This document shows positions 29,174 to 39,371 of a stretch of 64,000 bases of DNA, in pieces. Numbering within the stretch: position 1 is the stretch's first letter; every line of letters starts with the position of its first letter. The position numbers and the translations under genes are program-made. The DNA comes from Acidobacteriota bacterium (lineage in GTDB: Bacteria > Acidobacteriota > CAIWXX01): assembly GCA_040755995.1 (NCBI GenBank), contig JBFMAF010000023.1, forward strand, positions 64,001 to 128,000, read 5' to 3'. The notes under the pieces are model-generated. The model made no database searches. It saw only the letters and a program-made list of their open reading frames with translations, and was not told where the DNA came from.

Positions 29174-30188
29174 GGGTCAAATTCGCGTGGAGGCAGCCAG
29201 GGGCTGGAAAGCAAGATTCTCTCGCGAATGCCACGGCCTCCTCAATCTCCTCCTGCACCAATCCCCTCACCCTTTCCAGATCGCCGTTATCCACCAAGCC
29301 CTGTGACAATAGCACCCGCTCGAGGCGCAGGATGGGGTCTCGCTCCTTCCAGGCCGCCAGCTCCGAGGCAGGGCGTATGTCTGTCCGGTTACCCTGTACA
29401 TTGTCGTCTGGGCCGACGTGACCGCGCAAGCGGTAGGTCAAGCACTCAAGGAACGATGGGCCGGCGCCGGAACGGCACCTCGACACCGCCTCCCTGGCTG
29501 CCTCGTGAACCGCCAGAACGTCGTTTCCATCAACCCTGGAGGCCCGTACGCCAAGGGGTTCGGCGCTCTTGTATATTTCCTCGGACACCCGGCATTCGCG
29601 GATGGGCAGGTGGGTGGAGTATAGGTTGTTCTCGCACACGAATAGGACCGGCAGGCGACGGAGCGCGGCGATGTTCATGGACTCGTACAGGACGCCCTCG
29701 CCGGCGGCCCCGTCGCCGAAGAATGCCACGGCAATTCTTTCCTCGCTCCGCACCCAGGAGGCATAGGCAGCGCCGACTGCAAGAGCGATAGTGCCGGCCA
29801 CGATCGGAGCGGCCCCGAGCATCCCGGCTTCGGGTGCGATCACATGCATTGACCCTCCGCGCCCCCGTGCACAGCCAGTTTCTCGGCAGTAGATCTCTGC
29901 CACCAATCGCCGCAGGTCTCCTCCCTTGGCAATGTAGTGCCCATGGGACCTGTGAGTACCGAACACGTAGTCGCGAGGCGAGAGGTTGGCGCAGACACCG
30001 GTGGCCACAGCCTCCTGTCCCGAACAGAGATGGACGGGGCACCTGATCTCACCGGCTGCTATCGGCGCGACGAAGCCTTCCTCGCAGAGCCGAATCCGGA
30101 GCATCGTGGTGTAGAAGCCGAGCAGGGTCTGTTTGTCACGGTGGCGTATGGGCCTGGACACCTTCGGTTCCTGCTCGTGAGCTCTCAT
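29163..30188 (-). CDS. TPP-dependent dehydrogenase E1 alpha-like subunit
   Basis: HLCSGQEA, GRGGSMH, GDGA...ENN TPP motif, YRLRGH. Confidence 0.92.
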   Translation of the reverse strand: MRAHEQEPKVSRPIRHRDKQTLLGFYTTMLRIRLCEEGFVAPIAAGEIRCPVHLCSGQEAVATGVCANLSPRDYVFGTHRSHGHYIAKGGDLRRLVAEIYCRETGCARGRGGSMHVIAPEAGMLGAAPIVAGTIALAVGAAYASWVRSEERIAVAFFGDGAAGEGVLYESMNIAALRRLPVLFVCENNLYSTHLPIRECRVSEEIYKSAEPLGVRASRVDGNDVLAVHEAAREAVSRCRSGAGPSFLECLTYRLRGHVGPDDNVQGNRTDIRPASELAAWKERDPILRLERVLLSQGLVDNGDLERVRGLVQEEIEEAVAFARESCFPAPGCLHANLTHEP

Positions 30189-31294
30189 CTGAGCCCGTAG
30201 AAGGAGCGAACGATCTGGATGACGTAGTCGACCTCTTCGTCCTCCAGCTCAGGGTACATTGGCAACGAGCATACCTCTCGGCTAAGGGCCTCTGTCTCGG
30301 GGAAGCCTTTGTCCTCGAGCCGAAGCGCCTCGTGCTTGTAGTACGGTTTCCTGAACTGGGTCAGCACCTCCACGCCGTGCGCCTTGAGGTAGTCCGAGAA
30401 CTCGTCACCCTGCCTGGCGCGCACGGTGTAGTTCTGGTACACGTGGTCGAACCCGGGCCGGTCGTAGTGGGGCAGCAGAAGGTCGGGGATGTCAGAGAGG
30501 GCCGCTCTGTAGCACTCCGCGATCTGCTTCCGGCGTTGAATCCATGCGGGGAGATGGCGAAGCTTCACGTCGAGGAACGCGGCCTGCAGATTATCGAGGA
30601 GGCACGTGAACCCGTGCCCGTGGTACTCGCCCGTGTCGCGATCCTCGCCGTTGTATCGCATCCTTCTAGCAAACAGGGCAACGTCTGGGTCGTCCGTAGT
30701 GATCGCGCCTCCATCTCCGTAGCCGCCAAGGATCTTGAACGGGTAGAAGCTCCAGCATCCGGTGAGGCCCCAGGCACCAGCCTTCCTGCCGTCGATGGTT
30801 GATCCAAGGCTCTGGCAGGCATCCTCGACGACCACCAGATTGTGCTTCTCGGCGATCTTCATGACGCGCGGCATGTCAGCCATGAGACCACTAAGGTGCA
30901 CCGGGATGATCCCGCGTGTGCGCGCAGAGATCGCCCCGTCGACGAGGTCGCAATCGATGTTGAAGTCCTTCCCCACGTCGACCAAGACAGGAGTGGCGCC
31001 AGCGTTGACCACGGCCGAGCACGTCGCCACAAAGGTGTGTGCGGGCACGACGACCTCGTCCCCCGGGCCTATGCCCGCGGCACGAAGGGACATGTGCAGC
31101 GCGTCATATCCGCTGTTTAGGCCGACCGCATACCTCGTGCCGACGAACTTGGCGAGGTTCTCCTCGAACTGCCGCAGGTGTCTGCGGTCGATGAGCTCGC
31201 CGTTAGACATGACGTCGATATAGGCGGCATCAATCTCGGGTTTGATTCTCTGATAAGCCCGGGGCGGGTGTATGAAGCGTACGCGATATGCCAT
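30185..31294 (-). CDS. DegT/DnrJ/EryC1/StrS aminotransferase
   Basis: EDACQ and SFYPFKILGGYGDGG motifs. Confidence 0.92.
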   Translation of the reverse strand: MAYRVRFIHPPRAYQRIKPEIDAAYIDVMSNGELIDRRHLRQFEENLAKFVGTRYAVGLNSGYDALHMSLRAAGIGPGDEVVVPAHTFVATCSAVVNAGATPVLVDVGKDFNIDCDLVDGAISARTRGIIPVHLSGLMADMPRVMKIAEKHNLVVVEDACQSLGSTIDGRKAGAWGLTGCWSFYPFKILGGYGDGGAITTDDPDVALFARRMRYNGEDRDTGEYHGHGFTCLLDNLQAAFLDVKLRHLPAWIQRRKQIAECYRAALSDIPDLLLPHYDRPGFDHVYQNYTVRARQGDEFSDYLKAHGVEVLTQFRKPYYKHEALRLEDKGFPETEALSREVCSLPMYPELEDEEVDYVIQIVRSFYGLR

Positions 31295-31347
31295 CTTCGG
31301 GACCCTCTGCCGAGTAACCGACTACCGGTGCTTCTTCTCTCGCTTCG

Positions 31348-31980
31348 TTAAGGACGGCCGAATGGCTCGAGGTCCATTGGCATCCAGTCCTTGCGCAGGA
31401 GTCTGAGGAAGGTGTAGCAGATGATCCTCAAGTCTGTCCGTAAGGAGTGCTCCTCGAGATACTTCAACTGGAGCCGTAGCTTGGTCGGCTGGATACGCGC
31501 CTTGTAGACTTGGTGAGCATCTGCGGCACAGGCAAGGACGGCACCTTCATCCGAGTTCCAAATGGATGCCCAATCGGTGATTCCTGGCCGGAGGTCCAGT
31601 ATTCTTCGCTGCTCTTCAGTATACAGGTCCACCTCGGAAAGAACCTCAGGCCGAGGTCCGACGAGGCTCATCTGGCCGAGGAGGACGTTGAAGAGCTGGG
31701 GCAGCTCGTCGAGCTTGTACCGGCGCATGAACGCGCCGACCCGGGTGACTCTGGGGTCGTCCCCCGCTGTAGAAGGCCCTCCGACCCTTTCGGCGCCCAC
31801 AACCATCGACCTGAACTTCATGACAAGGAAGGGCCGCCCCCATCTCCCCGCCCGCAGTCCTCGGTAGATGATTGGACCACGCGAGCTGAACCGGACCCAA
31901 AGGGCAAGGCCGGCGATCAGAGGCAGGAGCGCGATGAGCCCAAACAAGGAGACGGTGATATCGAAGGTGCGCTTCACCAC
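31348..31980 (-). CDS. Small bacterial sugar transferase (initiating phosphoglycosyl transferase)
   Basis: [38 protein letters not shown] and PGIT motifs. Confidence 0.92.
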   Translation of the reverse strand: MVKRTFDITVSLFGLIALLPLIAGLALWVRFSSRGPIIYRGLRAGRWGRPFLVMKFRSMVVGAERVGGPSTAGDDPRVTRVGAFMRRYKLDELPQLFNVLLGQMSLVGPRPEVLSEVDLYTEEQRRILDLRPGITDWASIWNSDEGAVLACAADAHQVYKARIQPTKLRLQLKYLEEHSLRTDLRIICYTFLRLLRKDWMPMDLEPFGRP

Positions 31981-32094
31981 CAGGCGATGCCTCCTCGTGG
32001 GGGCCCCGAAGAGCCGCGCTTCGCCGCCTGGCTGCCCGACGCGATCCGGCAGGGTCGCCTTTCCACCTTCCCCACAGTGTCAGCGCGTTCAGCG

Positions 32095-32937
32095 TCACCC
32101 AATCGGCTTCCGCATTTCGAAAGTGAACATCCAGCTCATCATCTTGATTCCTGGTACCCGCAGGATGGCCGCGTCTACGGCATCCAGCAGGCCCATTGCC
32201 GATGGGAAGAACGCCCCTGCGATGCTGAAGAGGTGCCAGTGGCGGATATCGTTGACCTCGAAGAACCTCCTGGCGAATGCAACATCCTTCATGCTGAGGA
32301 TATGCTTCCGTTCCCATTCGGTCCGCATCTCGGGAGTCAGAGCTCTGTACAGCCTGATGAATGGGTTGTACGCCAGGGCTTCGACCGCAAGTACGACCCC
32401 GCCCGGTGACAGAATTCTTCTGAGCTCGGGAAGGGCGTAGCTCAGATCGAGATGGTGGAGCATGCCAGAACAGATGCAAACGTCGATGCATCCATCGGGC
32501 AGACCCGTGCTCTCGCAATCGCCCTGGAGGAAGAAAGTGCCCTGCTCGAGCCCTTGACTCCTGGCTAGCTCACGAGCGTTGTGGATCGACACATCGCTAA
32601 GGTCGAGGCCGATTGACAGCTCCGCTCCAGCACGCGCCGCCTTCAGCGCGTTGTGCGCATTGCCACACGCGTAGTCCAGGAGGACCCTGCCTGGTGAGTT
32701 CCTGGCGATCCAATCGTCAACGAAGGCGTTCGACTTTCGGACGGTCCGGTAGTAGCGACTGTTGCCGTGGAGTTCCTGTAGCTTGCGATCGGATAGGTCC
32801 TTCCTGGCTGCCTCATCACGGATCCTATTGTGGAACTCCAACTCGTCACGCTTTCTCTGTTCGAGCGCTACCGCGCCGTCTGCAGTCGAGGCCTGTGCCA
32901 GCCGTCGGAGGTGCTCCAGCAGGTTTCTCTTATCCAT
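32095..32937 (-). CDS. Class I SAM-dependent methyltransferase
   Basis: LLDYACGN, LHHLD and ELRRILSPGG motifs. Confidence 0.85.
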   Translation of the reverse strand: MDKRNLLEHLRRLAQASTADGAVALEQRKRDELEFHNRIRDEAARKDLSDRKLQELHGNSRYYRTVRKSNAFVDDWIARNSPGRVLLDYACGNAHNALKAARAGAELSIGLDLSDVSIHNARELARSQGLEQGTFFLQGDCESTGLPDGCIDVCICSGMLHHLDLSYALPELRRILSPGGVVLAVEALAYNPFIRLYRALTPEMRTEWERKHILSMKDVAFARRFFEVNDIRHWHLFSIAGAFFPSAMGLLDAVDAAILRVPGIKMMSWMFTFEMRKPIG

Positions 32938-33075
32938 ACGTATCCCCGCCCGGTCGTCTGTCACACGCACGTGGATTCCGCCTCACCGCCAAGGGAAGCG
33001 GTGTAGGCTCGGCGTCCCCCGGCCCTACGCGGCACACCGGCGTAGCCCCCCCTGAACACGGCACCCTGTCCTGCG

Positions 33076-33849
33076 TCATGGAGCAATCACGGCCGTGGCG
33101 CGCCGTCTCAGAACCAGCGCTGCGAGAAAGCAATTGTCTGCGGTTCTGGCTCGCATGCGCTCCTCCAATCCGGCACACAATCGGTACAGGGGCGGCAAAG
33201 GAGCGAAGAACTGACTCCAGCCCCCGAAGTACCACTCACCGGCCGTCTCGAAACACTCGTCGTACAGCGACCGAACCGCTCCCGTGAACAGCCTGCCATC
33301 CGCGTAGGATCTGCGTCTGAGCCTTCGGTAAGCGCGCGTGAGTCGGCCCGAACGCCCCGTCTCGAAGTTCACGAGGAATCCGCCTTGCCTGATGTTCCTC
33401 GCGATCCAGCGGAGCCACCTTGCGTACTGGCCATCATCCTCGGCGCAGTAAAGCACTGTTTTCACAAAGGCTCCATCGTAGCGGCCCTCCTCGGGTTCAC
33501 GCAGGAATGGGTTGCCAATGTTCAAAACCACCTTGTCACCGAGATGCAACCCCTCCGCATGGTGCCGGGCAGTGGCCGCAGCCCCGGCCGAGATGTCGTG
33601 TCCCGTGACCTGCCATCCGAGCTCAGTCGCCAGGTAGCAGGTCAGGATGCCGTCGCCGTATCCGACTTCCAGGATCTCACTACCGGGTGGGAGCACGCCC
33701 CTCACAGATGGCAGGACCGCTGCAAGAGCCCTCTCCCAAAAAGGCACTGCTCCACCGGCCCGAAGGCCTGCTCGGAGGCTAGGCGATGCCGGGAGCATCC
33801 CCGTAGTCACCCCCTTGAACCGCCTCCAGAGGCGAGACTGCCTCGACAT
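33076..33849 (-). CDS. Class I SAM-dependent methyltransferase
   Basis: ILEVGYGDG and GHDIS motifs; start uncertain. Confidence 0.75.
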   Translation of the reverse strand: MSRQSRLWRRFKGVTTGMLPASPSLRAGLRAGGAVPFWERALAAVLPSVRGVLPPGSEILEVGYGDGILTCYLATELGWQVTGHDISAGAAATARHHAEGLHLGDKVVLNIGNPFLREPEEGRYDGAFVKTVLYCAEDDGQYARWLRWIARNIRQGGFLVNFETGRSGRLTRAYRRLRRRSYADGRLFTGAVRSLYDECFETAGEWYFGGWSQFFAPLPPLYRLCAGLEERMRARTADNCFLAALVLRRRATAVIAP

Positions 33850-33856
33850 GGGGACA

Positions 33857-35218
33857 CTATTCGTCCCTCCCAGCAGTTCGTACTGGACCTGCACGCTCAA
33901 CGAGGGCGCGGCCCGACATGGCCACATCACGGCAGCTTCCTCCTGGCTCTTCATGATGCGAGAGGTGGCCGAGCACGAAGAGCGCGTACCTCTCGGAGAT
34001 CTGATCCCGGTCGAACATCTGAGCGAACGTCCGTCCGGAATTCGCGATAGTATCTTGAAGCAGGCCGGGATTGGCAATCAGCTGTTCGATGAGGTCGGCC
34101 AGCCGCTCGGGTCTCCTTGGCGGCACATTCCATCCGATCCTGTGCCGGAAGATGAGGTCCGAGCACTCGCCTGACACGTTGTTGATGAGAGCGAGATCGG
34201 CCGAGAGGTACTCGAAGAACTTGTTGCCGAGCCAGTAGCGAGCCAATCCCTCCTGCAACAGAATCAGCCCGACATGGGACTTCACCAGCCACTCGCGGTT
34301 GTTGATCCATCCTGGGAACAGAACCGTGCCAAGCCCCGAAGCCAGCTTCATCCATCGCGAACGCATTTCTCCGTTGCCAGTGATGACGAATCGAGCACGA
34401 CGTTCCCCCCTCATCTCGAGAATGCGGGCGGCCTGAATCAGGCTGATGCCATCGTAGCTCCTCCCGCAGGTGGTCGCAAATAGACATACAAGAGGCTGGG
34501 CTTCGGAGAAGTGGCTGGGCAGAGAGAAAGCGCGTGCCGCAACCGGCTTCGGATATCCAATGTGGAAGACAGAATCGAAATCGTTGGGCGCACGGCCGGC
34601 GTAACCCAGCCCCCATCGCAGCATCGCGTCGGAAACCGATACGATTCCGCGAGATGCGCGAGTGACAAACCGTATCTTCTTCCGGTAGTACCAGAGCAGC
34701 GGCCAGAGCGCCCAACGCATCGCGCGGGGGAAGTAGTCCGGAAATAAGTCCGGCCATGTGTCCCTGATGTCCACGACGAAAGGCACCCGGTGCCTGAGGG
34801 CAGTAAGGAGGCCGGCTTCGCACAACTCCGGAGAAGGGTAGGACCCCAGGATCAGGCTTGGAGGGGGAACTGACTCAGTCATCCGTGAGTATGCCGCGGC
34901 GAGAGATCGATAGTGACGGATCCGGGCCAGGGATAGGTTCTTTGCGTACGGCGGACCATTGAGGAGGAAGATAGAGTAGCCGCGATCAAGCTGGACCGGG
35001 TTCTCACGGACCTGATGGTACTGCTTGAGCCGATGGTCGAATGCAGAGGCCCACCATTTGACGGAGACGCCCAACTCACGGAGTTTGCTCGCAAGGTGAG
35101 CGGTCCGCATAACGGGGGCGCCGCCATCGAATGGCAACGGCTCACCGTCTTGTAGGAGCCAGATCTCGGGGTTCTTGGTCTCCAGGCCCGGCCCCCTCCT
35201 GATAGCGTCCCGTGCCAC
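33857..35218 (-). CDS. Glycosyltransferase family 4
   Basis: EPLP..R, VDIRDTWPD and NKFFEYL motifs. Confidence 0.8.
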   Translation of the reverse strand: MARDAIRRGPGLETKNPEIWLLQDGEPLPFDGGAPVMRTAHLASKLRELGVSVKWWASAFDHRLKQYHQVRENPVQLDRGYSIFLLNGPPYAKNLSLARIRHYRSLAAAYSRMTESVPPPSLILGSYPSPELCEAGLLTALRHRVPFVVDIRDTWPDLFPDYFPRAMRWALWPLLWYYRKKIRFVTRASRGIVSVSDAMLRWGLGYAGRAPNDFDSVFHIGYPKPVAARAFSLPSHFSEAQPLVCLFATTCGRSYDGISLIQAARILEMRGERRARFVITGNGEMRSRWMKLASGLGTVLFPGWINNREWLVKSHVGLILLQEGLARYWLGNKFFEYLSADLALINNVSGECSDLIFRHRIGWNVPPRRPERLADLIEQLIANPGLLQDTIANSGRTFAQMFDRDQISERYALFVLGHLSHHEEPGGSCRDVAMSGRALVERAGPVRTAGRDE

Positions 35219-35346
35219 TGGCCTACCCTAGCGAGGCCATGCCTTCGCGGACCCCCACGGCTGACAGGGCCGTGGCAGCCCCATAACGCGCCGTTTGTAA
35301 CACACGCCAATTGAACCACGGTAGCCCAGGGCTCTCACGTGGGTTC

Positions 35347-36762
35347 TCAACCGTTCCACTCCCTAGCCACGAACCTGAACTTCCCAGCCTTGGTTCGTTG
35401 GATAGCCTGCACCAACTCGACCCGCACTGCCATCTCGTGTCCGAGGATACGTTGTAGATCGTCTACTATGCCAGCTTCGTCCTTCGCATCGAATGCCGAC
35501 TCCGGGACCACCCGCACTACTACCTGCTCGGGACCAGTCTGCGCAACTTGGCTCTCACGGATGTTGAGTACGGCCGCCTTGTCAAAGAGCAGCGTCAGGG
35601 CGGTCGGCGGGATCTGGCGTCCAGAGGGAGTCACTATGATGTCGAGCACCCGGCCCTCAAGCGAGCGGACCACGCGGCTGCCACGCCCACACTCGCAGAA
35701 GACGTCGGATGCCACCGCGAGGTCACTTGTCGCGTATCTTATGAGGGGCATGCCAAGACAATGGAAGCTGGTTCCGACGATCTGCCCTTGCTCCCCCTCC
35801 CCTGCGGGCGTCCCGTTATCCTTGATGATCTCGAAGTACCCGAACTCCTCACTCACGTGCAGACTTCCATCTGGGCATTCACCGGCCCAGCAGACCCCCT
35901 CTGACAGGCCGTATTGGCAATGTACCGGGCAACGGAACGCATTTCTGATGGTCTCCTTCTGATAGGGGAAGAGGGTCTCGGAGTATGTCGCGATGGAGCG
36001 AGGGGAGTGAACTGACGCCCCGGAATCGTGGATGAATCGCGTCAACGTGTACAATGAGGATACGTACCCATCGATGTGCACCGGGCGATATGCGTTGATC
36101 CTGTCGATGTAACTCTGCGCGGTCCTTCGCGAGACATGGAATGATGACATGAGTAGCTGGCGCTCCGCCGCGTTGTATCTCCAGAACGGCGGTGTTGTCC
36201 GATCGGGGTGGACGAAGATGCGGCCGTTGAATGTCACACGAGGTTCGCCGACCGCGAAGCCACACCATTTCCGAAATCGAGTCCACTGCGCCCAGTCGGC
36301 AACGATGTGCTCTGACTGCAGGTAGATCTTGAGCGGCGAGCTTGTTGTGCCACTCGTGAAGCACGGGAGCAGCTTGCGTTGCGGAACGCTTCTCGCGACC
36401 ATGCGCGCTCCGTTCTTGCGTATGTCATCTCTAGACATAAGCGGAACGGAGCGGAACTCCTGGGGGCCCCAATCGGAGTAAGGCCTGAACCCGACACGAT
36501 CGAACAACTCGTGATAGTACTCCGTCTGCTCATATGCCCAAAGAACAACGCGGCGCAGTCGCTCGAGGGATAGACGTTGGAGCTCCGCCCGTGTGAGCCA
36601 CTGGGACTCCTCGAGCTCAGCGCAAAGCCGAGAGTAGAGAGGCTCCCGGTACCTGAGCCGATGGAGTTGCGCGCCCTTGAGCGAGACGAGCGCGTTCTGG
36701 AGAGAAACCGGGCAGGCGAGATATAGCCGCCGTGCGACAGTAGTCTCAGCCACGTCGATCAC
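35347..36762 (-). CDS. Phenylacetate-CoA ligase / CapK-like adenylate-forming protein
   Basis: TSGTTS, YGLSE, MPLIRYATSD, CECGR and AGKFRF motifs. Confidence 0.85.
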   Translation of the reverse strand: MIDVAETTVARRLYLACPVSLQNALVSLKGAQLHRLRYREPLYSRLCAELEESQWLTRAELQRLSLERLRRVVLWAYEQTEYYHELFDRVGFRPYSDWGPQEFRSVPLMSRDDIRKNGARMVARSVPQRKLLPCFTSGTTSSPLKIYLQSEHIVADWAQWTRFRKWCGFAVGEPRVTFNGRIFVHPDRTTPPFWRYNAAERQLLMSSFHVSRRTAQSYIDRINAYRPVHIDGYVSSLYTLTRFIHDSGASVHSPRSIATYSETLFPYQKETIRNAFRCPVHCQYGLSEGVCWAGECPDGSLHVSEEFGYFEIIKDNGTPAGEGEQGQIVGTSFHCLGMPLIRYATSDLAVASDVFCECGRGSRVVRSLEGRVLDIIVTPSGRQIPPTALTLLFDKAAVLNIRESQVAQTGPEQVVVRVVPESAFDAKDEAGIVDDLQRILGHEMAVRVELVQAIQRTKAGKFRFVAREWNG

Positions 36763-36822
36763 TTCGATCCCCCGCCGCCCACGGAAGCACGCGGCTGCAA
36801 TGGCTCCATCGCCCCGTCCCGC

Positions 36823-37920
36823 TCAACTTTGCAGATGCTGGCATCCACTTCCAGAGTCGATCTCTTCGATCAGCCGCTTCCATGCGTCTGCCAGGACTCC
36901 AATATCAAAGCTGTCCGCTTTGAGCCTCGCGTTAGTAGAAAGGCGTCTAGCAGCCTCAGGTTGTCTGAGTATCTCTCGGCACGCATTCGCCATGGCCTCC
37001 GGATTGCCCGGTGGAACAAGCAACCCGTGCACCCTGTGCTCAACCAGAGCAGGTACTCCCCCGACGTCAGTACTCACGACACACATCCCCATCGCCAGGG
37101 CTTCGATCACGCTGACAGGTGTGTTGTCGCAATCCGTCGTATTCAAGAATATGTCATATGCGAGGCCGAGTTCCTTGATCCTTTCCTTGGTAACCTTGCC
37201 CGGTATCTCGATCGCCTCAGCCACGCCCAGGCTCCTCGCAAGTGACTGTGTGGCCTGCAAGCTGCCATCGCCATTGTCGGGGCCGCACATGACCAGCCTG
37301 ACGGCCGGAAACTCCGTCCTCAGGATGTGAATCACGCGAACTGCCAGCTGGGGGTTGTAGCACACATCGAAGGCGCGCACCCAGAGAAGCGATTCTCGAG
37401 CCTGCTCTCTCAACCGGTATGGATACGACGAGATCGGAAGCTCATAGGGCATGAGCCCGATGGCGAACCGCCCGGCAAGACGCCCTTTGAGGTAATTCGA
37501 CGGTGCGAGTATGCGAATCGCTCTCCGGAAGGTGAACTCAAGCAGGCGCGGATGCCTGCGAGAGTAAGCCGGTAGGTCACCACCATGCAACCATAGTATG
37601 AGAGGCTTGCCCAAGACCCGGGCAACGAAGGCTGAAGAGAGAGCCCACAGGAATGCGTTGCCACTGTACACGTGAATGATGACCACCCGGAAGCGGCGCC
37701 TTTGCCTGCAAAGGGTCCAGATCATGTCCAGGGGGCGAAGAATCCTAGATGTGTGGTGAGAAGCGCAGACTGATTCTATGCCCAACGTCGCAAGAGTCCC
37801 CTTCAGAGTGTCGGCATTGGTGGGGGTGCGGGAGGTCTTCGCGTGGAACGCTCCGATCTGGCAGACAGTGACGCTTCGATGTTGCTGGTCAAACACGGGT
37901 ATTGTGTCGGGCGCTATCAT
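36823..37920 (-). CDS. Glycosyltransferase family 4
   Basis: LHGG and DNTPVSVIEALAMG..VSTDVGG motifs. Confidence 0.88.
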   Translation of the reverse strand: MIAPDTIPVFDQQHRSVTVCQIGAFHAKTSRTPTNADTLKGTLATLGIESVCASHHTSRILRPLDMIWTLCRQRRRFRVVIIHVYSGNAFLWALSSAFVARVLGKPLILWLHGGDLPAYSRRHPRLLEFTFRRAIRILAPSNYLKGRLAGRFAIGLMPYELPISSYPYRLREQARESLLWVRAFDVCYNPQLAVRVIHILRTEFPAVRLVMCGPDNGDGSLQATQSLARSLGVAEAIEIPGKVTKERIKELGLAYDIFLNTTDCDNTPVSVIEALAMGMCVVSTDVGGVPALVEHRVHGLLVPPGNPEAMANACREILRQPEAARRLSTNARLKADSFDIGVLADAWKRLIEEIDSGSGCQHLQS

Positions 37921-39280
37921 TTTCGGGCAGGCGGCGTCTCGGCGATCTCGGATCGCTGGTCCAGATCAGGCCATAGGTGAAACTTGGCGCAAGCGTCCGT
38001 GTTGCGGACTGCATCCAGTATCCACATGTGTAGGCCATCGCAGCAACCACCCATGTTCGCCATCCCTCAGCGTCTGCCAGACGGTAATTCCGGATGAACC
38101 CTCCGAAGAAGAGCAAGATGGCGGCAACCCCGAAAATGCCGTGTTCGGCGAGAAGACGACTGAACTCGACGTGTGCCATAAGGCTATGACCCAGATAGGC
38201 TGCCACTTCCTCTCTCGCGACGCCGGGTCCCACGCCCATCAGCGGGTGCTCCATCCAGACAAGTATCTCGCTCTTGGCCAATTCCCAACGGTCAGTTCTC
38301 AGATTGGAGTAACGCCTCTGCACCGCGCCCGACGCGACCCGATCTGCCGTTGGCCATGCCACCCTCAACAGAACCACCGCCATCAAGATGAACATAGCCA
38401 GGAATTGGAGTCTTTGACCCTGAGCTCTGAGCTTCACAAGACTGACTGCCGCCACGGCCAAGCAGAACGTGTAGAACCCGCCCCTGGACAGAGTCAGCAG
38501 CATCACGATGATCTGAACGAGGAGAAGGCCGAAGAGAAAAACTCGTTCCATGAACGCGAGTTTCCTCCCCAACAGCAGCATCCAACACAGAAGTGCGCCA
38601 AGTGCAAGCGTGTTCGCGACCTGGTTCGGCCCACCTCCTCCAGAGGCCTCTCGGTTCGACGTCGCCCCGAACTGGATATCCTCGCCGAGTATCACCAGGT
38701 TGCGCACACAAAGCGTAACGGTACCGGCGATCGGTCCTATCACCGAATACGCCACCCGTCGAAGCGCGCGTGGATCAAGCGTGTAGGCGGAGAAAAGGAG
38801 CGCGGACAAGGCCATGCTGATGGGGCCAGCCAGGGTGGCTATGGCACGCGATCTGACCATGTGGAAGTCGAGCTCCCCACCCAACAGTGCCGCCAGTGAG
38901 GGCAGAAGTAGAACGGCGTACCACAGTGGGATCATCGGCATCGTGCCGCGTTGGCCACGGTGCGTGAGTACCCGGATGAGAGAAATCACGATCACGCCGG
39001 ACTTGCAGAACTCCCAGCCAAGGACTTCGGTTGTCCCCACCGTACGCCACATCCGCTCCGAGCCGGTCATGTACGCGACGGCAAGCAGTGGAACGAGGCT
39101 CGCGCCACTCGCTCGCAGGCTGGCGAGTGAACCAATGGCCAAGATGCACAGGGCCATGACAGCGCCGACTGAGGGCGTCGAGCTGACCCAGAGCGCAAGA
39201 GGCACATGGCCCAGTGTGAAAAGGGGGCCCATCCACCAGCGATCCGCGAGACGGTCGAGCCTACCATTGTGTTGCCCCAT
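37889..39280 (-). CDS. O-antigen ligase/polymerase-family membrane protein
   Basis: Many TM helices; GPNQ, LTLSRGG, HPLMGVGPG and AHVEFSRLLAEHG motifs; start uncertain. Confidence 0.8.
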   Translation of the reverse strand: MGQHNGRLDRLADRWWMGPLFTLGHVPLALWVSSTPSVGAVMALCILAIGSLASLRASGASLVPLLAVAYMTGSERMWRTVGTTEVLGWEFCKSGVIVISLIRVLTHRGQRGTMPMIPLWYAVLLLPSLAALLGGELDFHMVRSRAIATLAGPISMALSALLFSAYTLDPRALRRVAYSVIGPIAGTVTLCVRNLVILGEDIQFGATSNREASGGGGPNQVANTLALGALLCWMLLLGRKLAFMERVFLFGLLLVQIIVMLLTLSRGGFYTFCLAVAAVSLVKLRAQGQRLQFLAMFILMAVVLLRVAWPTADRVASGAVQRRYSNLRTDRWELAKSEILVWMEHPLMGVGPGVAREEVAAYLGHSLMAHVEFSRLLAEHGIFGVAAILLFFGGFIRNYRLADAEGWRTWVVAAMAYTCGYWMQSATRTLAPSFTYGLIWTSDPRSPRRRLPENDSARHNTRV

Positions 39281-39371
39281 AGCGTGGATGTCCCCTCGAC
39301 GCGACCCCCAGCGGTCCGCACCTTGGTCCGATCGCGCAGGGACCCCTTCGCTCGCGAGAGGTATGGATTCT

